A stretch of 64,000 nt of DNA from Gemmatimonadota bacterium (GCA_034521595.1 JAXHMG010000003.1:2048001-2112000), one strand, 5' to 3'. Shown: positions 1-10,053, counted from the stretch's first letter. Notes: generated by a model from the letters alone, not told the origin. A program made the numbers and translations.

Positions 1-1107
1 CATGAGCGCATTCGTGAGCACCGCGAAAGGCCCCTGCTTCACCCCGCGGTTCGGACCCGGGTGGAAGCGGTCCAGCTCGTCCTGGATCAACTCCGCCAGC
101 AGCGCCGACCAATGTTGGTGGTCGAAGTTCCGCAGCTCCCTCAATATGAAGTCGAGGTCCGACTGTCGGCTCACGTCCACGCCCCGGCCCCGTATGCTCA
201 GAGGCGCGTTCTCGATGGCGGACACGCGGCGCTCGTCCTCGGTCCTGGCCTCGGACAGGAAGTACGTCTCGAAGCCCCGGGTGGTGCGCCTCGCCGCAAA
301 CGAGTTGGCGTGGATCGAGACGAACACGCCGGGACGCTCCCCCTTGGCTTCGGTCGCCAGAAGTCCCCGCTGCCAAAGATCCACGAACCCGTCATCGTCG
401 CGGGTCATGCGTACCTCGATATCGGAAGCCTCGCTCAGGCGATCCGCGACCTTCCTCGCGATGCCGAGGGCGACGTCCTTCTCCCGGATGCCTCCCCGTC
501 CGATCGCACCCGGATCGGCACCACCGTGTCCGGCATCGATCCACACGATGCGGACGCCGTCGTCGGCGCGCTCGGGGACGGGCCCGGGCTCCGGATCCTC
601 CGTCGTCGTCGAGGGCCGCGACGACGCCTCTTCGGGCGCCGGCCGCTCCGGCGACGTGGGCGTGCCCGAGGCATCCGGGACCCCCGCACGCAGGATTCCG
701 GCCTCGGGGTCGTAGTCGTAGTACTCCGGAAGCCGCTCGGGGAGGAACTCGGTCAGGACCTGGAGCGGTATGAAGGTCTCGCCACCGTCACGGTACGGAG
801 CGTTCACGAGCTGCAGGGGCCGTTCGTTCCACCGAAGGAATGCGGAGCCGAGCTGCAAGCGCACCTCGGCATGCGTCCCCGCTGACAGGACGAGGTGTCC
901 GTCACGCTCCTCGGCGAGCCAGCCGAGCTCACGGAACTCGGAGAGAGGCACTCCCGCGTGTCCCCGCTCGGTCGTGACGGAGACCGGTTCCACGGAGCGG
1001 TCCTCTCGCTCAATACGCAGATCTCCTGCGCTCTCCTGAGCCCCGGCGGGGTGAGCCACCGCCGCGACCAGAAGCACGATCCCGACGCTCCGGACCGACG
1101 GCCGCAT
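1..1107 (-). CDS. N-acetylmuramoyl-L-alanine amidase (Amidase_3), 3' end runs off the window
   Basis: Not in the ORF track; translated by hand from ATG 1107 (TAATG overlap with smpB stop). Signal peptide, then IDAGHGGADPGAIG..EKDVAL..MTRDDD..FVSIHANS..GFETY..RGVKQGPFAVL motifs. Confidence 0.9.
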   Translation of the reverse strand, partial: MRPSVRSVGIVLLVAAVAHPAGAQESAGDLRIEREDRSVEPVSVTTERGHAGVPLSEFRELGWLAEERDGHLVLSAGTHAEVRLQLGSAFLRWNERPLQLVNAPYRDGGETFIPLQVLTEFLPERLPEYYDYDPEAGILRAGVPDASGTPTSPERPAPEEASSRPSTTTEDPEPGPVPERADDGVRIVWIDAGHGGADPGAIGRGGIREKDVALGIARKVADRLSEASDIEVRMTRDDDGFVDLWQRGLLATEAKGERPGVFVSIHANSFAARRTTRGFETYFLSEARTEDERRVSAIENAPLSIRGRGVDVSRQSDLDFILRELRNFDHQHWSALLAELIQDELDRFHPGPNRGVKQGPFAVLTNALM

Positions 1108-1562
1108 TAGTGCACCTCCATGGCCCGCTTGGCTTCCCGGTCCTGCTGCTTGCGCTTCAAGGCCTCGCGCTTGTCGTGGAGCTTACGGCCCCGCGCCACG
1201 GCGAGCTTCACCTTGGCATGGCCACGCACGAAGTAGATCTCGAGCGGCACCAACGTCAGGCCTTTCTCTTCCGTCTCGGCGACCAGCTTGCGGATCTCCT
1301 GCTTGTGGAGAAGGAGCCGCCGCGTGCGGACCGGGTCCACGTTGGCCCGATTCGCCTGCTCGTACGGGCTGATGTGAAGGTTGTACAACAGGACCTCGCC
1401 ACCTTCGACCCGCGCGAACGCATCCTGGAAGGCCACCTGGCCCGCACGGAGGGATTTCACCTCCGGGCCGCGAAGCTCCATTCCGGCCTCGTACGTCTCC
1501 AGGATATCGTATTCGTGCCTGGCCTTTCGGTTCGTGGCGACGACTTTCCGCCCTTCGCTCAC
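1107..1562 (-). CDS. smpB: SsrA-binding protein SmpB
   Basis: NRKARHEY..EAGMELRGPEVKSLR..RTRRLLLHKQEI..GRKLHDKRE; GTG start overlapping the yihY stop. Confidence 0.97.
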   Translation of the reverse strand: MSEGRKVVATNRKARHEYDILETYEAGMELRGPEVKSLRAGQVAFQDAFARVEGGEVLLYNLHISPYEQANRANVDPVRTRRLLLHKQEIRKLVAETEEKGLTLVPLEIYFVRGHAKVKLAVARGRKLHDKREALKRKQQDREAKRAMEVH

Positions 1563-2404
1563 GTTTCTTCCGGGAAGCTCACGACCCCCACCCTGCTCGC
1601 CTTTCTCATGGTATACACCTGGGCGAATTCGCCACCGAGGATAAACACTAGCGACCCGTAATAGATCCAGAAAAAGAGGACCGCGACGGTGGCCATGTTG
1701 CCGAACGCGGAGCCGTAGTCGGCCACCTCGGTCGCGTACCAGGAAAACGCGCCCTTGAGCACCTCGTACCCGAGCGCCGTGAACGTCGCGGCGATTGCCG
1801 CCGACTTCCAAGGAATGCTACGCGCGGGCAGATATCGGTAGGTGATGAGAAACAGGATCCAAATGGACCCGAGTGCCAGAGCGATCCCGAAGGTGCGCTG
1901 CGCCAGAGTCAGGGTCCAACCCTCGAGGCCGATGAAGTCGACCGTGTAGTCCATGGCCGTCGAGAGGGCCACCGTCACACCCAGATTGAGCGTCAGGAGC
2001 ACGACCCCGATCAACACCACGAGCACGTCGAAGAGCTTGGCCTGCACCACGCCCCGCCGGTCCGCGACGTCGAAGATCTCACGCAGGGCCGTGCGCACGG
2101 TTCCCACGAGCCGTGTCGCGAGCAGCACGAAGAACACGAGACCGACGAGCGTGAAGCCCGTCCGCTGGGTGACCAGCCCTTCGGTCAGCCCCTGGACGAG
2201 GCCGGTGAGATCCACGCCGGCGTCCGGCAACACGTCGGCGACGAGCGCGATCACCGCCGCAGTGGGATCGTCGAAGCGCGTGCTGAGGACGAACCCGGTG
2301 AGCCCGACCCCGAGGATCAGCAGGGGGAACAGCGCGATCAGAACGTTGAACGCGATCGCGCTGGCCATGAAGAAGACGTCGTCGTCATTCGCCTTCTCGT
2401 ACAT
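1559..2404 (-). CDS. YihY/BrkB family membrane protein
   Basis: MASAIAFNVLIALFPLL, YRYLP, YGSAFG..FWIYY..ILGGE motifs; true start may be slightly upstream. Confidence 0.9.
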   Translation of the reverse strand: MYEKANDDDVFFMASAIAFNVLIALFPLLILGVGLTGFVLSTRFDDPTAAVIALVADVLPDAGVDLTGLVQGLTEGLVTQRTGFTLVGLVFFVLLATRLVGTVRTALREIFDVADRRGVVQAKLFDVLVVLIGVVLLTLNLGVTVALSTAMDYTVDFIGLEGWTLTLAQRTFGIALALGSIWILFLITYRYLPARSIPWKSAAIAATFTALGYEVLKGAFSWYATEVADYGSAFGNMATVAVLFFWIYYGSLVFILGGEFAQVYTMRKASRVGVVSFPEET

Positions 2405-2466
2405 CCTCCTCAGGAACTCGAGCGCTCGATGCCCGCGACGGAGGTGATGCGGACGCTTCGAGACCC

Positions 2467-2892
2467 TCAGCCGCTCGCCTCACCCTCTTCGTCGGCGTCC
2501 GACTCTCCCGCTTCGCGCGCCGCTTCGACGCCCGCCCGGTAGGCCGCCTTGGACCGCTCGAGCCGCTCCTCGAGGTCTTCGCGTGCCTCGTACGCCGCGG
2601 TTCGTCCGGCGTCGACCGCCTCCCGCACCTCGTCGAATCGGGACTGGACCCCTTCACGGGCCTGGTCGAAGCGACCTTCGAGATTCCGCTGGGCATCGCG
2701 CATGCGATCTTCGGCGGTTTCCCGGAGCTGACGCGCCTTCTCACGTATCTCGGCCTGCGTTTCTTCACCGGATTTCGGAGCGAAGAGCAGGGCAAGACCC
2801 GCACCGACGAGCGCACCGACGACGAAAGAACCGACCTGACCACCCCCTTCCCGTTCGACGATGATGTGGGGCGTATCGTTCTGATCACGCAT
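2467..2892 (-). CDS. YtxH domain protein
   Basis: FVVGALVGAGLALLFAPKSGEETQ signature followed by a coiled coil; GGAGG RBS. Confidence 0.9.
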   Translation of the reverse strand: MRDQNDTPHIIVEREGGGQVGSFVVGALVGAGLALLFAPKSGEETQAEIREKARQLRETAEDRMRDAQRNLEGRFDQAREGVQSRFDEVREAVDAGRTAAYEAREDLEERLERSKAAYRAGVEAAREAGESDADEEGEASG

Positions 2893-2983
2893 GCTGCAAC
2901 CTCCCAATGCCTGAATGCTCGCTCGACGAATGTGAATCTAACAGATCACGACGAAGGCGGGAAAAGGGATGAAAACCGACCCG

Positions 2984-4372
2984 TCACACGACCCACCGCG
3001 GATCGGCGGGCGCGATGTCCGGTACGTCCACGCCTTCCCGTCCCATCAACCCGTATGTGAGTCGCTTACCCATCTCGACGCCGGGCTGGTCCAACGGGTC
3101 GACCTCGTAGAGCGCTCCCGCGTAGACCGTGGCGACCTGCAGGAGCATGATGAGCTCCCCCAGAGCCTCGGGCGTGACCGCGGGAACCGCGAAGGTGGCG
3201 TTGGGCCGACCCGCCCGCCGGAGCGCTTCCGCGGTGGCCGTCCGCTCCGTGGCGAGCAACTCCCCGAGGGTGTGGCCCCCCAGATACGCCAACGCGTCGA
3301 TCTCGGGATGGCGCACGGGAATGGTCACGTCCTCACCCGGATCCTCGACGTCGACGAAGAGCACCACCTTGTCTTGCGGGCCTTCCATCAGAAGCTGCAG
3401 GAGCGAGTGCTGGTCGGTCGCCCCCAGAGCGGCGAGCGGTGTGGGGCCGGTCGGCCGGGCCTCGCCCGTCTCCGTTCGCGCCTTGCCGAGGCTCTCGGCC
3501 CAGAGCTGTTGGAACCACGCCGCCAGAGACCGGAGCCGGTCCGCGTACGGCATGAAGACGTGGATTCGGCGGTCCTGCTCCCGATCCGCGTGGTGGAGGA
3601 GGCCGGCGAAGACCCCGGCCGGATTGCGATCGAGCTCGGGCGTGCGGCACCGCTCCTCCATGCGCGCCGCTCCGGCCAGCAACCGATCCGGCTCGACCCC
3701 GCAGATCGCCGCGGGAAGAAGGCCGACGGCCGAGAGGACGCTGAAGCGACCGCCGACGTTCTCCGGCACGGCCAGCGCGGGGATTCCCTCGGCTTCACTG
3801 ATCTGGCGGAGGACCCCGCGCGCCGGATCCGTGGTGAAGAGGAAGTGGCCGCGCGCCTTGTCCGGCCCCACCGCCGCTTCCACACGTTCCCGAGCCACGA
3901 GGTATTGGGCCATGGTTTCGGCGGTCGCGCCCGACTTGCTCACGACGTTGAAGAGGGTGCGGGCGGGATCGACGCGCTCCAGGAGGCCCCGGAACGTATC
4001 CGGATCGGGGTTGTCGACGACGTGGAGGCGCGGGAAGTGATCACGGCCCTCCGCGCTCTTGTGGTTCCAGAACGGCCCGAGCAACGCATCACGCAGCGCG
4101 GTCGCCCCCAGGCCGGACCCTCCGATGCCGAGCACCACCACGTCCTCGAACCACTGCCCGAAGCCGTCGGCCAGCTCTTCCACCCGCTCCACCGACGCCG
4201 AAGCGTAGGGAAGCTCGAGAAACCCGAGCTCGCCCGCGTCGCGTCGCGCCTCGAAGCGCTCGTGCGCTCGCGCGAAGGACTCGGCCAGCGAGCCGCCGAA
4301 CGCCTCCACCGGCACACCGCCTTCGACGGCCGCCGCCACCATGTTGCCGTAATCGAAGCGAACACCGTCCAT
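2984..4372 (-). CDS. pgi: Glucose-6-phosphate isomerase
   Basis: LGIGGSGLG, VSKSGATAET, VGGRFSVLS, QLWAESLGK, DQHS, DQPGVE; start MDGVRF coupled (TGATG) to the upstream gene. Confidence 0.96.
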   Translation of the reverse strand: MDGVRFDYGNMVAAAVEGGVPVEAFGGSLAESFARAHERFEARRDAGELGFLELPYASASVERVEELADGFGQWFEDVVVLGIGGSGLGATALRDALLGPFWNHKSAEGRDHFPRLHVVDNPDPDTFRGLLERVDPARTLFNVVSKSGATAETMAQYLVARERVEAAVGPDKARGHFLFTTDPARGVLRQISEAEGIPALAVPENVGGRFSVLSAVGLLPAAICGVEPDRLLAGAARMEERCRTPELDRNPAGVFAGLLHHADREQDRRIHVFMPYADRLRSLAAWFQQLWAESLGKARTETGEARPTGPTPLAALGATDQHSLLQLLMEGPQDKVVLFVDVEDPGEDVTIPVRHPEIDALAYLGGHTLGELLATERTATAEALRRAGRPNATFAVPAVTPEALGELIMLLQVATVYAGALYEVDPLDQPGVEMGKRLTYGLMGREGVDVPDIAPADPRWVV

Positions 4373-5148
4373 CAGCCGACCTCCACCGTGAGTCCGTCGT
4401 ATGCGCCGAAAACCCCCTCCGGCAACCGTGCGTCGAGCTCTTCTTGACGCACCCTGTGGGTGAGGTGCGTCAAGTACGTACGGCCGGCGCCGAGCGCGCG
4501 GGCCACCTCCACGGCCTCCTCGACGTTGAAGTGCGACGGGTGGGACTTCCCGAACCAGAGTGCGTTCAGCACGAGTACGTCGACCCCTTCCAGGGCGGCC
4601 CAAGCGTCCGGCGGAAGGGATTTGGCATCCGTCACGTACCCCAGAGCTCCGACGCGGAATCCGTATGTATAGCACCCTCCGTGCGGCACCCGTATGGGCA
4701 AGAAGGCGCGGCCCAACAGGTCGAGCCGCTCCCCTTCGTCGAACGTGTGCAAGCGGATGCGCGGCTTCGAGCTTCCTTCGGGCGGCTGGAACTTGTCATC
4801 GAAGATGTATTGGAAGTGCCGCTCGATGGTCGGCTGGTATTCCGACGCCACGTAGGCGTCCATGTCGCCCTTCCGCACCGTGAAGATGCGCACGTCGTCG
4901 ATGCCGTGCACGTGATCGGCGTGCACGTGCGTGAACCACACCGCATCGACCGAGTCGACGCCGGCACGGAGAAGCTGCAGGCGAAGCTCGGGAGGCGTAT
5001 CGACGAGGAGGCGCCGGCCGTCGAGCTCGAGCAGGGCGCCGTGCCGGGTCCGCCAGTCTCTGGGATCGGATGACGTACACGTCGCGCAGTCACATCCGAC
5101 GACCGGAACGCCGAACGAGGTTCCAGTCCCGAGAAACGTCAGCTTCAT
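4372..5148 (-). CDS. MBL-fold metallo-hydrolase (PhnP-like phosphodiesterase)
   Basis: LGTGTSFGVPVVGCDCATC, THVHADHVHGIDD, THLTH, AYDG. Confidence 0.92.
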   Translation of the reverse strand: MKLTFLGTGTSFGVPVVGCDCATCTSSDPRDWRTRHGALLELDGRRLLVDTPPELRLQLLRAGVDSVDAVWFTHVHADHVHGIDDVRIFTVRKGDMDAYVASEYQPTIERHFQYIFDDKFQPPEGSSKPRIRLHTFDEGERLDLLGRAFLPIRVPHGGCYTYGFRVGALGYVTDAKSLPPDAWAALEGVDVLVLNALWFGKSHPSHFNVEEAVEVARALGAGRTYLTHLTHRVRQEELDARLPEGVFGAYDGLTVEVG

Positions 5149-5155
5149 AGAGGCA

Positions 5156-6574
5156 TCACAGGCGCTCGAGTCTCATCGTATTCGTGGATCCGGACTGGTG
5201 GAAGGGGAACCCGGCCGTGATGACGACCGTCGCGCCGGGGTCTCCGACACCGCTCAGCCGCACCTGCTCGCACCCGAACTCCGCGAGCGCCGTGTACGAC
5301 ACCTCGACCTCGTCGGCCAGGGTGGGCCGAACCCCCCAAACCGCGGAGAGTTGGCAATACGTCGCCGGATCGGTCGTGACCGCGAACACGGGGACCGACG
5401 GACGGTAGGAGCTCATGAGCCGCGCCGAGAAGCCCGACCGGGTGATGACGACGATGGCCGGCGCGCCGACCTGCCGGGTGGATTCCATGGCCGCCGCCGC
5501 CACCGCGTGCTCCCGGGGAGACGCGCCCCCCCGTGACATCAGCCCCTGCTTCGTGAGGTACCGGGGACCTCGCTCGAGGAACCCGCTGCGCTCGATCTCG
5601 GTGCCGATCTTGACCAGGGCCCGCAGCGATTCTTCCGGGTACCGGCCGGTCGCCGTCTCACCGGAGAGCATGACCGCGTCGGTCCCGTCGAGAATCGCGT
5701 TCGCCACGTCCGACGCCTCGGCCCGTGTCGGCCGGGCATTCTCGATCATCGATTCGAGCATCTGCGTGGCGGTGATCACGGGACGACCGTAGAAGTTGGC
5801 CAGCTGAATGATCCGCTTCTGGGCCAGCGGCACCCGCTCGAACGGAAGCTCCACCCCCAGGTCCCCACGGGCCACCATCACGGCGTCCGTCTCGGCGAGG
5901 ATCTCCTCGATCGACCGGACGGCCTGGACCTTCTCGATCTTCGCCACCACGAGGGCACGTCCCGCCACCCGCTCCTTCAGGTCGATGACGTCTTCCGGTC
6001 GACGCACGAAGGATAGCCCGACGTATTCGACGCCGGTCTCGAGCGCGAAGTCGAGGTCGTCGACATCCTTCTCGGTCAACGAGGGCGTGCGCAACGCGAC
6101 GTTCGGCAGGTTGATGCCCTTGCGGCTCTTGAGGAGCCCTCCGCGCACGACCTCCAACCGCGCCCTGTTCCCCTCCGTGCTCACGCACCGGAGCTCGAGC
6201 ATCCCGTCGTCCAGGAGGACCTCGTTCCCCGGCTGGAGCTCCTCGGCGAGGGGCGCGTAGGTGGTGGGGATCTCGTCCCCCGAGGCCTCTCCCTCCGGTG
6301 CCACCACGACCGTGTCGCCGGGGTCCAGCACTCGTCCCCCCTCGAGCTCGCCCACGCGGATCTTCGGACCGGCCAGATCGACGAGCACCGCCACGGGCCT
6401 GCCCGCCTCCTCCGAAGCGCGACGAACTTCGGCGATGGTCCGCGCATGCTCCCGCCGGCTCCCGTGCGACATGTTGATGCGGGCGAGGTCCATACCGGCC
6501 GAGACGAGGGTGCGCACCATCTCCGGCGAGGAGCTAGCGGGACCCAGCGTACAGACGACCTTGGTTCGAAGCAT
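5156..6574 (-). CDS. pyk: Pyruvate kinase
   Basis: RTKVVCTLGPAS, RINMSHG, AKIEK, MVARGDLGVE, ATQMLESM, DAVMLSGETA. Confidence 0.98.
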   Translation of the reverse strand: MLRTKVVCTLGPASSSPEMVRTLVSAGMDLARINMSHGSRREHARTIAEVRRASEEAGRPVAVLVDLAGPKIRVGELEGGRVLDPGDTVVVAPEGEASGDEIPTTYAPLAEELQPGNEVLLDDGMLELRCVSTEGNRARLEVVRGGLLKSRKGINLPNVALRTPSLTEKDVDDLDFALETGVEYVGLSFVRRPEDVIDLKERVAGRALVVAKIEKVQAVRSIEEILAETDAVMVARGDLGVELPFERVPLAQKRIIQLANFYGRPVITATQMLESMIENARPTRAEASDVANAILDGTDAVMLSGETATGRYPEESLRALVKIGTEIERSGFLERGPRYLTKQGLMSRGGASPREHAVAAAAMESTRQVGAPAIVVITRSGFSARLMSSYRPSVPVFAVTTDPATYCQLSAVWGVRPTLADEVEVSYTALAEFGCEQVRLSGVGDPGATVVITAGFPFHQSGSTNTMRLERL

Positions 6575-6738
6575 GAGGAGCAGCACAGTGAAGGAAAAAC
6601 GAGAGAGGCGGCGACGACGGCGCCGAACCGAATTGTGGCGGTGCCCGGTAGAGGGGGCAACACCCGTGGGGGGGTGGCGTCCGCCCGACGATCGCTATCT
6701 TAACAGCCCGCCACTGCACGTCTCCAGACAAATGGCCC

Positions 6739-7881
6739 ATGACGTATATCCACGTCGACACCCCCGATGCCGCCGGTGAGCTGAAGCACACGCTATCCTC
6801 CGCATCGCGGATCGCGCTCGACTGCGAAGCCGCCGGCTTCCACCGCTACGACAACCGCCTCTGCCTGGTCCAGCTCACCGCCGGGGACGAGACATACGTG
6901 GTGGACCCGTTCGCGGTGGACGTGGCAGCGCTTCTCGGCGACGCCCTGCACCGTAGCGACGTCCCGATCGTCATGCACGGTGCCGACTTCGACCTGAGGC
7001 TCCTCGGCGGCGAGCTGGGCCTCCGCGTGAACGGCCTCTTCGACACCCAGATAGCCGCGTCGCTCCTGGGCGTGGAGTCGTTGGGGCTCGCGGCTTTGCT
7101 CGAGGCGCGGTTTGGAGTGAAGCTATCGAAAAAACACCAGCGTGCGGACTGGGCGGAGCGTCCGCTGAGCGACGAGATGCTCGAGTACGCCGCGAACGAC
7201 ACGCGCTATCTGCTCGAGCTCGCCGATCAACTCACCGCGGAGCTCGAAAGCGCCGGCCGCACGGAGTGGAGCGAGCAGGAGTGCCGGGCATTGGAAACGG
7301 TAGCCGACAACGCGGGCCCGCCCGACGAGCCCGAGGATCCGGTGATCCGAGTCAAGGGTGCCCGAGACCTCTCGACCCACCAGGTCGCCGCCCTGCGTGA
7401 AGCGCTCATGTGGCGCGACGAGATCGCGCGTGCCCGTGACCGAGCCGCGTTCAGAGTGGTGGGGGACGGCCCGCTCCTCGACGCGGTGGCGCGGCATCCG
7501 AAGCGCGTCGACGAACTCGTCGAGATCAAAGGCTTCCCCGGAAATCTCGCGCGCTCGGAGGGTGAAGAGCTCCTGAAGCGCCTCCATGCGGTGACGCTAG
7601 CGCCCGAGGACGACCTCGAGCCCTACCCGCGGGCCACCTCACGCGGAGCCGGCCGGCCTCCTCCTGAAGTCGAGGAGGTCGTCAACCGCCTGAAAGATGT
7701 GCGGAACCGGAAAGCAGAAGAGCTCGGCCTCCCCCGGGGCACCCTTTTGTCGAACGCCGTTCTGCTCCAGATCGCGACGGACGCACCGAGCTCTCTGGAC
7801 GCTCTCGGCTCGATCGACGGGATGCGCCCATGGCGGGTCGAGCTCCTGGGCCGCGAGCTCCTGGACGTCTTGCAGGCGTGA
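6739..7881 (+). CDS. rnd: Ribonuclease D (DEDDy exonuclease plus two HRDC domains)
   Basis: ALDCE, MHGADFD, FDTQIAA, DWAERPLS..YAANDT; HRDC-like C-terminal repeats. Confidence 0.92.
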   Translation: MTYIHVDTPDAAGELKHTLSSASRIALDCEAAGFHRYDNRLCLVQLTAGDETYVVDPFAVDVAALLGDALHRSDVPIVMHGADFDLRLLGGELGLRVNGLFDTQIAASLLGVESLGLAALLEARFGVKLSKKHQRADWAERPLSDEMLEYAANDTRYLLELADQLTAELESAGRTEWSEQECRALETVADNAGPPDEPEDPVIRVKGARDLSTHQVAALREALMWRDEIARARDRAAFRVVGDGPLLDAVARHPKRVDELVEIKGFPGNLARSEGEELLKRLHAVTLAPEDDLEPYPRATSRGAGRPPPEVEEVVNRLKDVRNRKAEELGLPRGTLLSNAVLLQIATDAPSSLDALGSIDGMRPWRVELLGRELLDVLQA

Positions 7882-7907
7882 CCGCGAGGAGGCGGGCCCG
7901 TCTGCGC

Positions 7908-8291
7908 CTACGCCGCGTCCTCCTCCTTCCTCTTGCAATCGATGCAGTAGCGTGCATGCGGTAGCGCGTCCAACCGATCGAAGCCGACATCGGACCCACA
8001 GGTATGGCAGGTCCCGAACTTCTTCGGCTCGTCGTACAGACGCCGGAGGGCTTCCTCGAGCCGGTACAGGTAACGCCCTTCCTTGGTGGCGAACGCCGCC
8101 GCCTTCTCGCGCTCCATGGATTCGGTGCCCTGGTCGGCCATATGGTCGGTATACGCCGCGAAATCGGTATCGCCGCCGTCCCGTCCGGCTTTCGCCATCT
8201 CGTCGAAGAGCCCGAGCGCCTTCAGCGCGCGCTCCCGCTCGTCGTGCAATCGCTTCTCGATATGCTGCAACTGCTTCTTCGTCAGGGCCAT
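7908..8291 (-). CDS. TraR/DksA C4-type zinc finger protein
   Basis: Coiled coil with HMADQGT tip; FGTCHTC..RLDALPHARYCIDCK. Confidence 0.92.
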   Translation of the reverse strand: MALTKKQLQHIEKRLHDERERALKALGLFDEMAKAGRDGGDTDFAAYTDHMADQGTESMEREKAAAFATKEGRYLYRLEEALRRLYDEPKKFGTCHTCGSDVGFDRLDALPHARYCIDCKRKEEDAA

Positions 8292-8495
8292 GTCGTCCCC
8301 CCGGCAAGCTGAGATTTTAGCTATAAAAATTAACAACGAGTGCCTGGTACGTCCACGCGTGGAGGTTCCGCCCGAGCCAACGGAGGGGGCCGGCGCGAGC
8401 GCAGCGGAGGGGGCCGCGGTCCTCGGATCCCCAGCCGTGCTCAGGGGGTAGAGCCGCGCCACGAGACGATCCCCGCAGGACCAGGACCCGCACCC

Positions 8496-8780
8496 ATGAG
8501 CCCCACCCAGATCCGCTGCCGTCGCTGCAACCAGGACGTTCCCGCATTGGAGAAGCCGCCGTTCCGAAACGACCTCGGTGAGCGCATCGTCGCCGAGATC
8601 TGTGCATCCTGCTGGAAGGAGTGGCTCGAGCATCAGACCCTGCTCATCAACCACTACGGGCTCGATCCCCGCGACCAGAAAGCGCGGAAGTTCCTCTACG
8701 AGCAGATCGAGCAGGTCCTCCTGCAAGGTGCCGAAGGCGAGGACATCGACACCAGCCAGCAGGGCTCCATCGAGTGGTGA
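8496..8780 (+). CDS. yggX: Fe(II)-trafficking/oxidative damage protection protein (YggX family)
   Basis: PPFRNDLGERI..ICASCWKEWLEHQTLLINHYGLDP..ARKFL. Confidence 0.88.
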   Translation: MSPTQIRCRRCNQDVPALEKPPFRNDLGERIVAEICASCWKEWLEHQTLLINHYGLDPRDQKARKFLYEQIEQVLLQGAEGEDIDTSQQGSIEW

Positions 8781-8786
8781 GGAGCG

Positions 8787-10004
8787 TTACGCGGCCAGCA
8801 CCGTAGCGGCCGCGTCGAGCGCATACCCCAGATCCTCCTCGGCGACGGTCAGCGGCGGTGCGAAGCGGATGACCTGGCCGTGGGTTTCTTTCGCCAAGAC
8901 CCCCTGCGCTCGCAGTCGCTCACAAAAGGAGCGGGCGGGGCCACTCGACTCGCGGATCACGACCCCCACCATCAGGCCACGACCCCGCACCTCTTCCACG
9001 TGGGGCGAGTCGATCTCACGGAGCCCGGCGGTGAACAGCCGCCCCAGCCGATCGGACCGCTCGGCCAGCCCTTCGTCCAACACCACGCGGAGCGATGCCC
9101 GGCCGATCGCCGCTCCGAGCGGGTTCCCCCCGAACGTCGAGCCGTGGTCACCCGGCTCGAAGACGCCCATCAACGCGTCGTCGGCCAGCACGGCCGATAC
9201 GGGGTATACACCGCCCCCCAGAGCCTTGCCGACGATGAGGACGTCGGGACGAACGTCCTCCCAGTCACAACAGAAGAGGCGGCCGGTGCGGCCGAGTCCC
9301 GTCTGGATCTCGTCGGCCATCAGCGCCAACCCGTGCTCCGTGCAGATCTCGCGCGCGGCGGCCAGGTACCCGTCGGGCGGAACGACCACCCCGCCTTCAC
9401 CCTGGAGGGGCTCGAAGAGAAAGCCGACGGTATTCGGGCCCACGGCCGCCGCGAGCGCTTCGACGTCGCCGTACGGCACGATCCGGAAGCCCGGGGTGAA
9501 CGGACCGAACCCGTCCTTGTGCTGCGCCTCGGTCGAGAACCCCACGACGGTCGTCGTCCGCCCATGGAAGTTGTTGTCGCAGACGAGGATCTCCGCCTTG
9601 TCCGCGGGGACGCCGAGGCGGCCGTAGCCCCACTTGCGAACCATCTTGATGGCCGTTTCGACGGCTTCGGCACCGGTATTCATCGGAAGCGCGCGCGAAA
9701 AGCCCGTGGCCTCGCACAGCTCGCGGAGGAACGGACCGAGCTGGTCGTTGTGGAACGCCCGCGAGGTCAGCGTGAGCCGCTCGAGTTGGTCGCGCGCGGC
9801 CTCGAGGATAGCCGGATGGCGGTGTCCCTGGTTGACCGCGGAATAGGCGCTCAGCATGTCGAGGTACCGGTGGCCCTCGACGTCCCAGACCCAGGAACCC
9901 TCACCACGCTCGAGCACCACGGGGAGCGGGTGGTAGTTGTGCGCCCCGAACCGGTCGACCTCCGCGACCAATTCCTTCGTGCCCGACAGGGTCGAGAGTC
10001 CCAT
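8787..10004 (-). CDS. rocD: Ornithine--oxo-acid aminotransferase
   Basis: GAHNYHPLPVV, LSAYSAVNQGH, LTLTSRAF, LPMNTGAEAVETAIK, DEIQTGLGRTG, GKALGGG, HGSTFGGNPL; GGAGG RBS. Confidence 0.95.
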   Translation of the reverse strand: MGLSTLSGTKELVAEVDRFGAHNYHPLPVVLERGEGSWVWDVEGHRYLDMLSAYSAVNQGHRHPAILEAARDQLERLTLTSRAFHNDQLGPFLRELCEATGFSRALPMNTGAEAVETAIKMVRKWGYGRLGVPADKAEILVCDNNFHGRTTTVVGFSTEAQHKDGFGPFTPGFRIVPYGDVEALAAAVGPNTVGFLFEPLQGEGGVVVPPDGYLAAAREICTEHGLALMADEIQTGLGRTGRLFCCDWEDVRPDVLIVGKALGGGVYPVSAVLADDALMGVFEPGDHGSTFGGNPLGAAIGRASLRVVLDEGLAERSDRLGRLFTAGLREIDSPHVEEVRGRGLMVGVVIRESSGPARSFCERLRAQGVLAKETHGQVIRFAPPLTVAEEDLGYALDAAATVLAA

Positions 10005-10018
10005 ACCGCCTCCTGCTC

Positions 10019-10053
10019 TGTGCATGTTTATGCAGTGAGACAGTATTTTATCA
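10019..10053 (-). promoter_or_regulatory. rocD promoter (extended -10 TGnTAAAAT) with ARG-box-like palindrome TGCAT-GTTT-ATGCA
   Basis: Minus strand reads TGATAAAAT (10053-10045); palindrome at 10021-10034 lies just downstream of the predicted start site. Confidence 0.7.

Noticed and set aside
1107-1562. tmRNA (ssrA) beside smpB
   Set aside because: smpB overlaps coding genes on both sides; no tRNA-like ends found.
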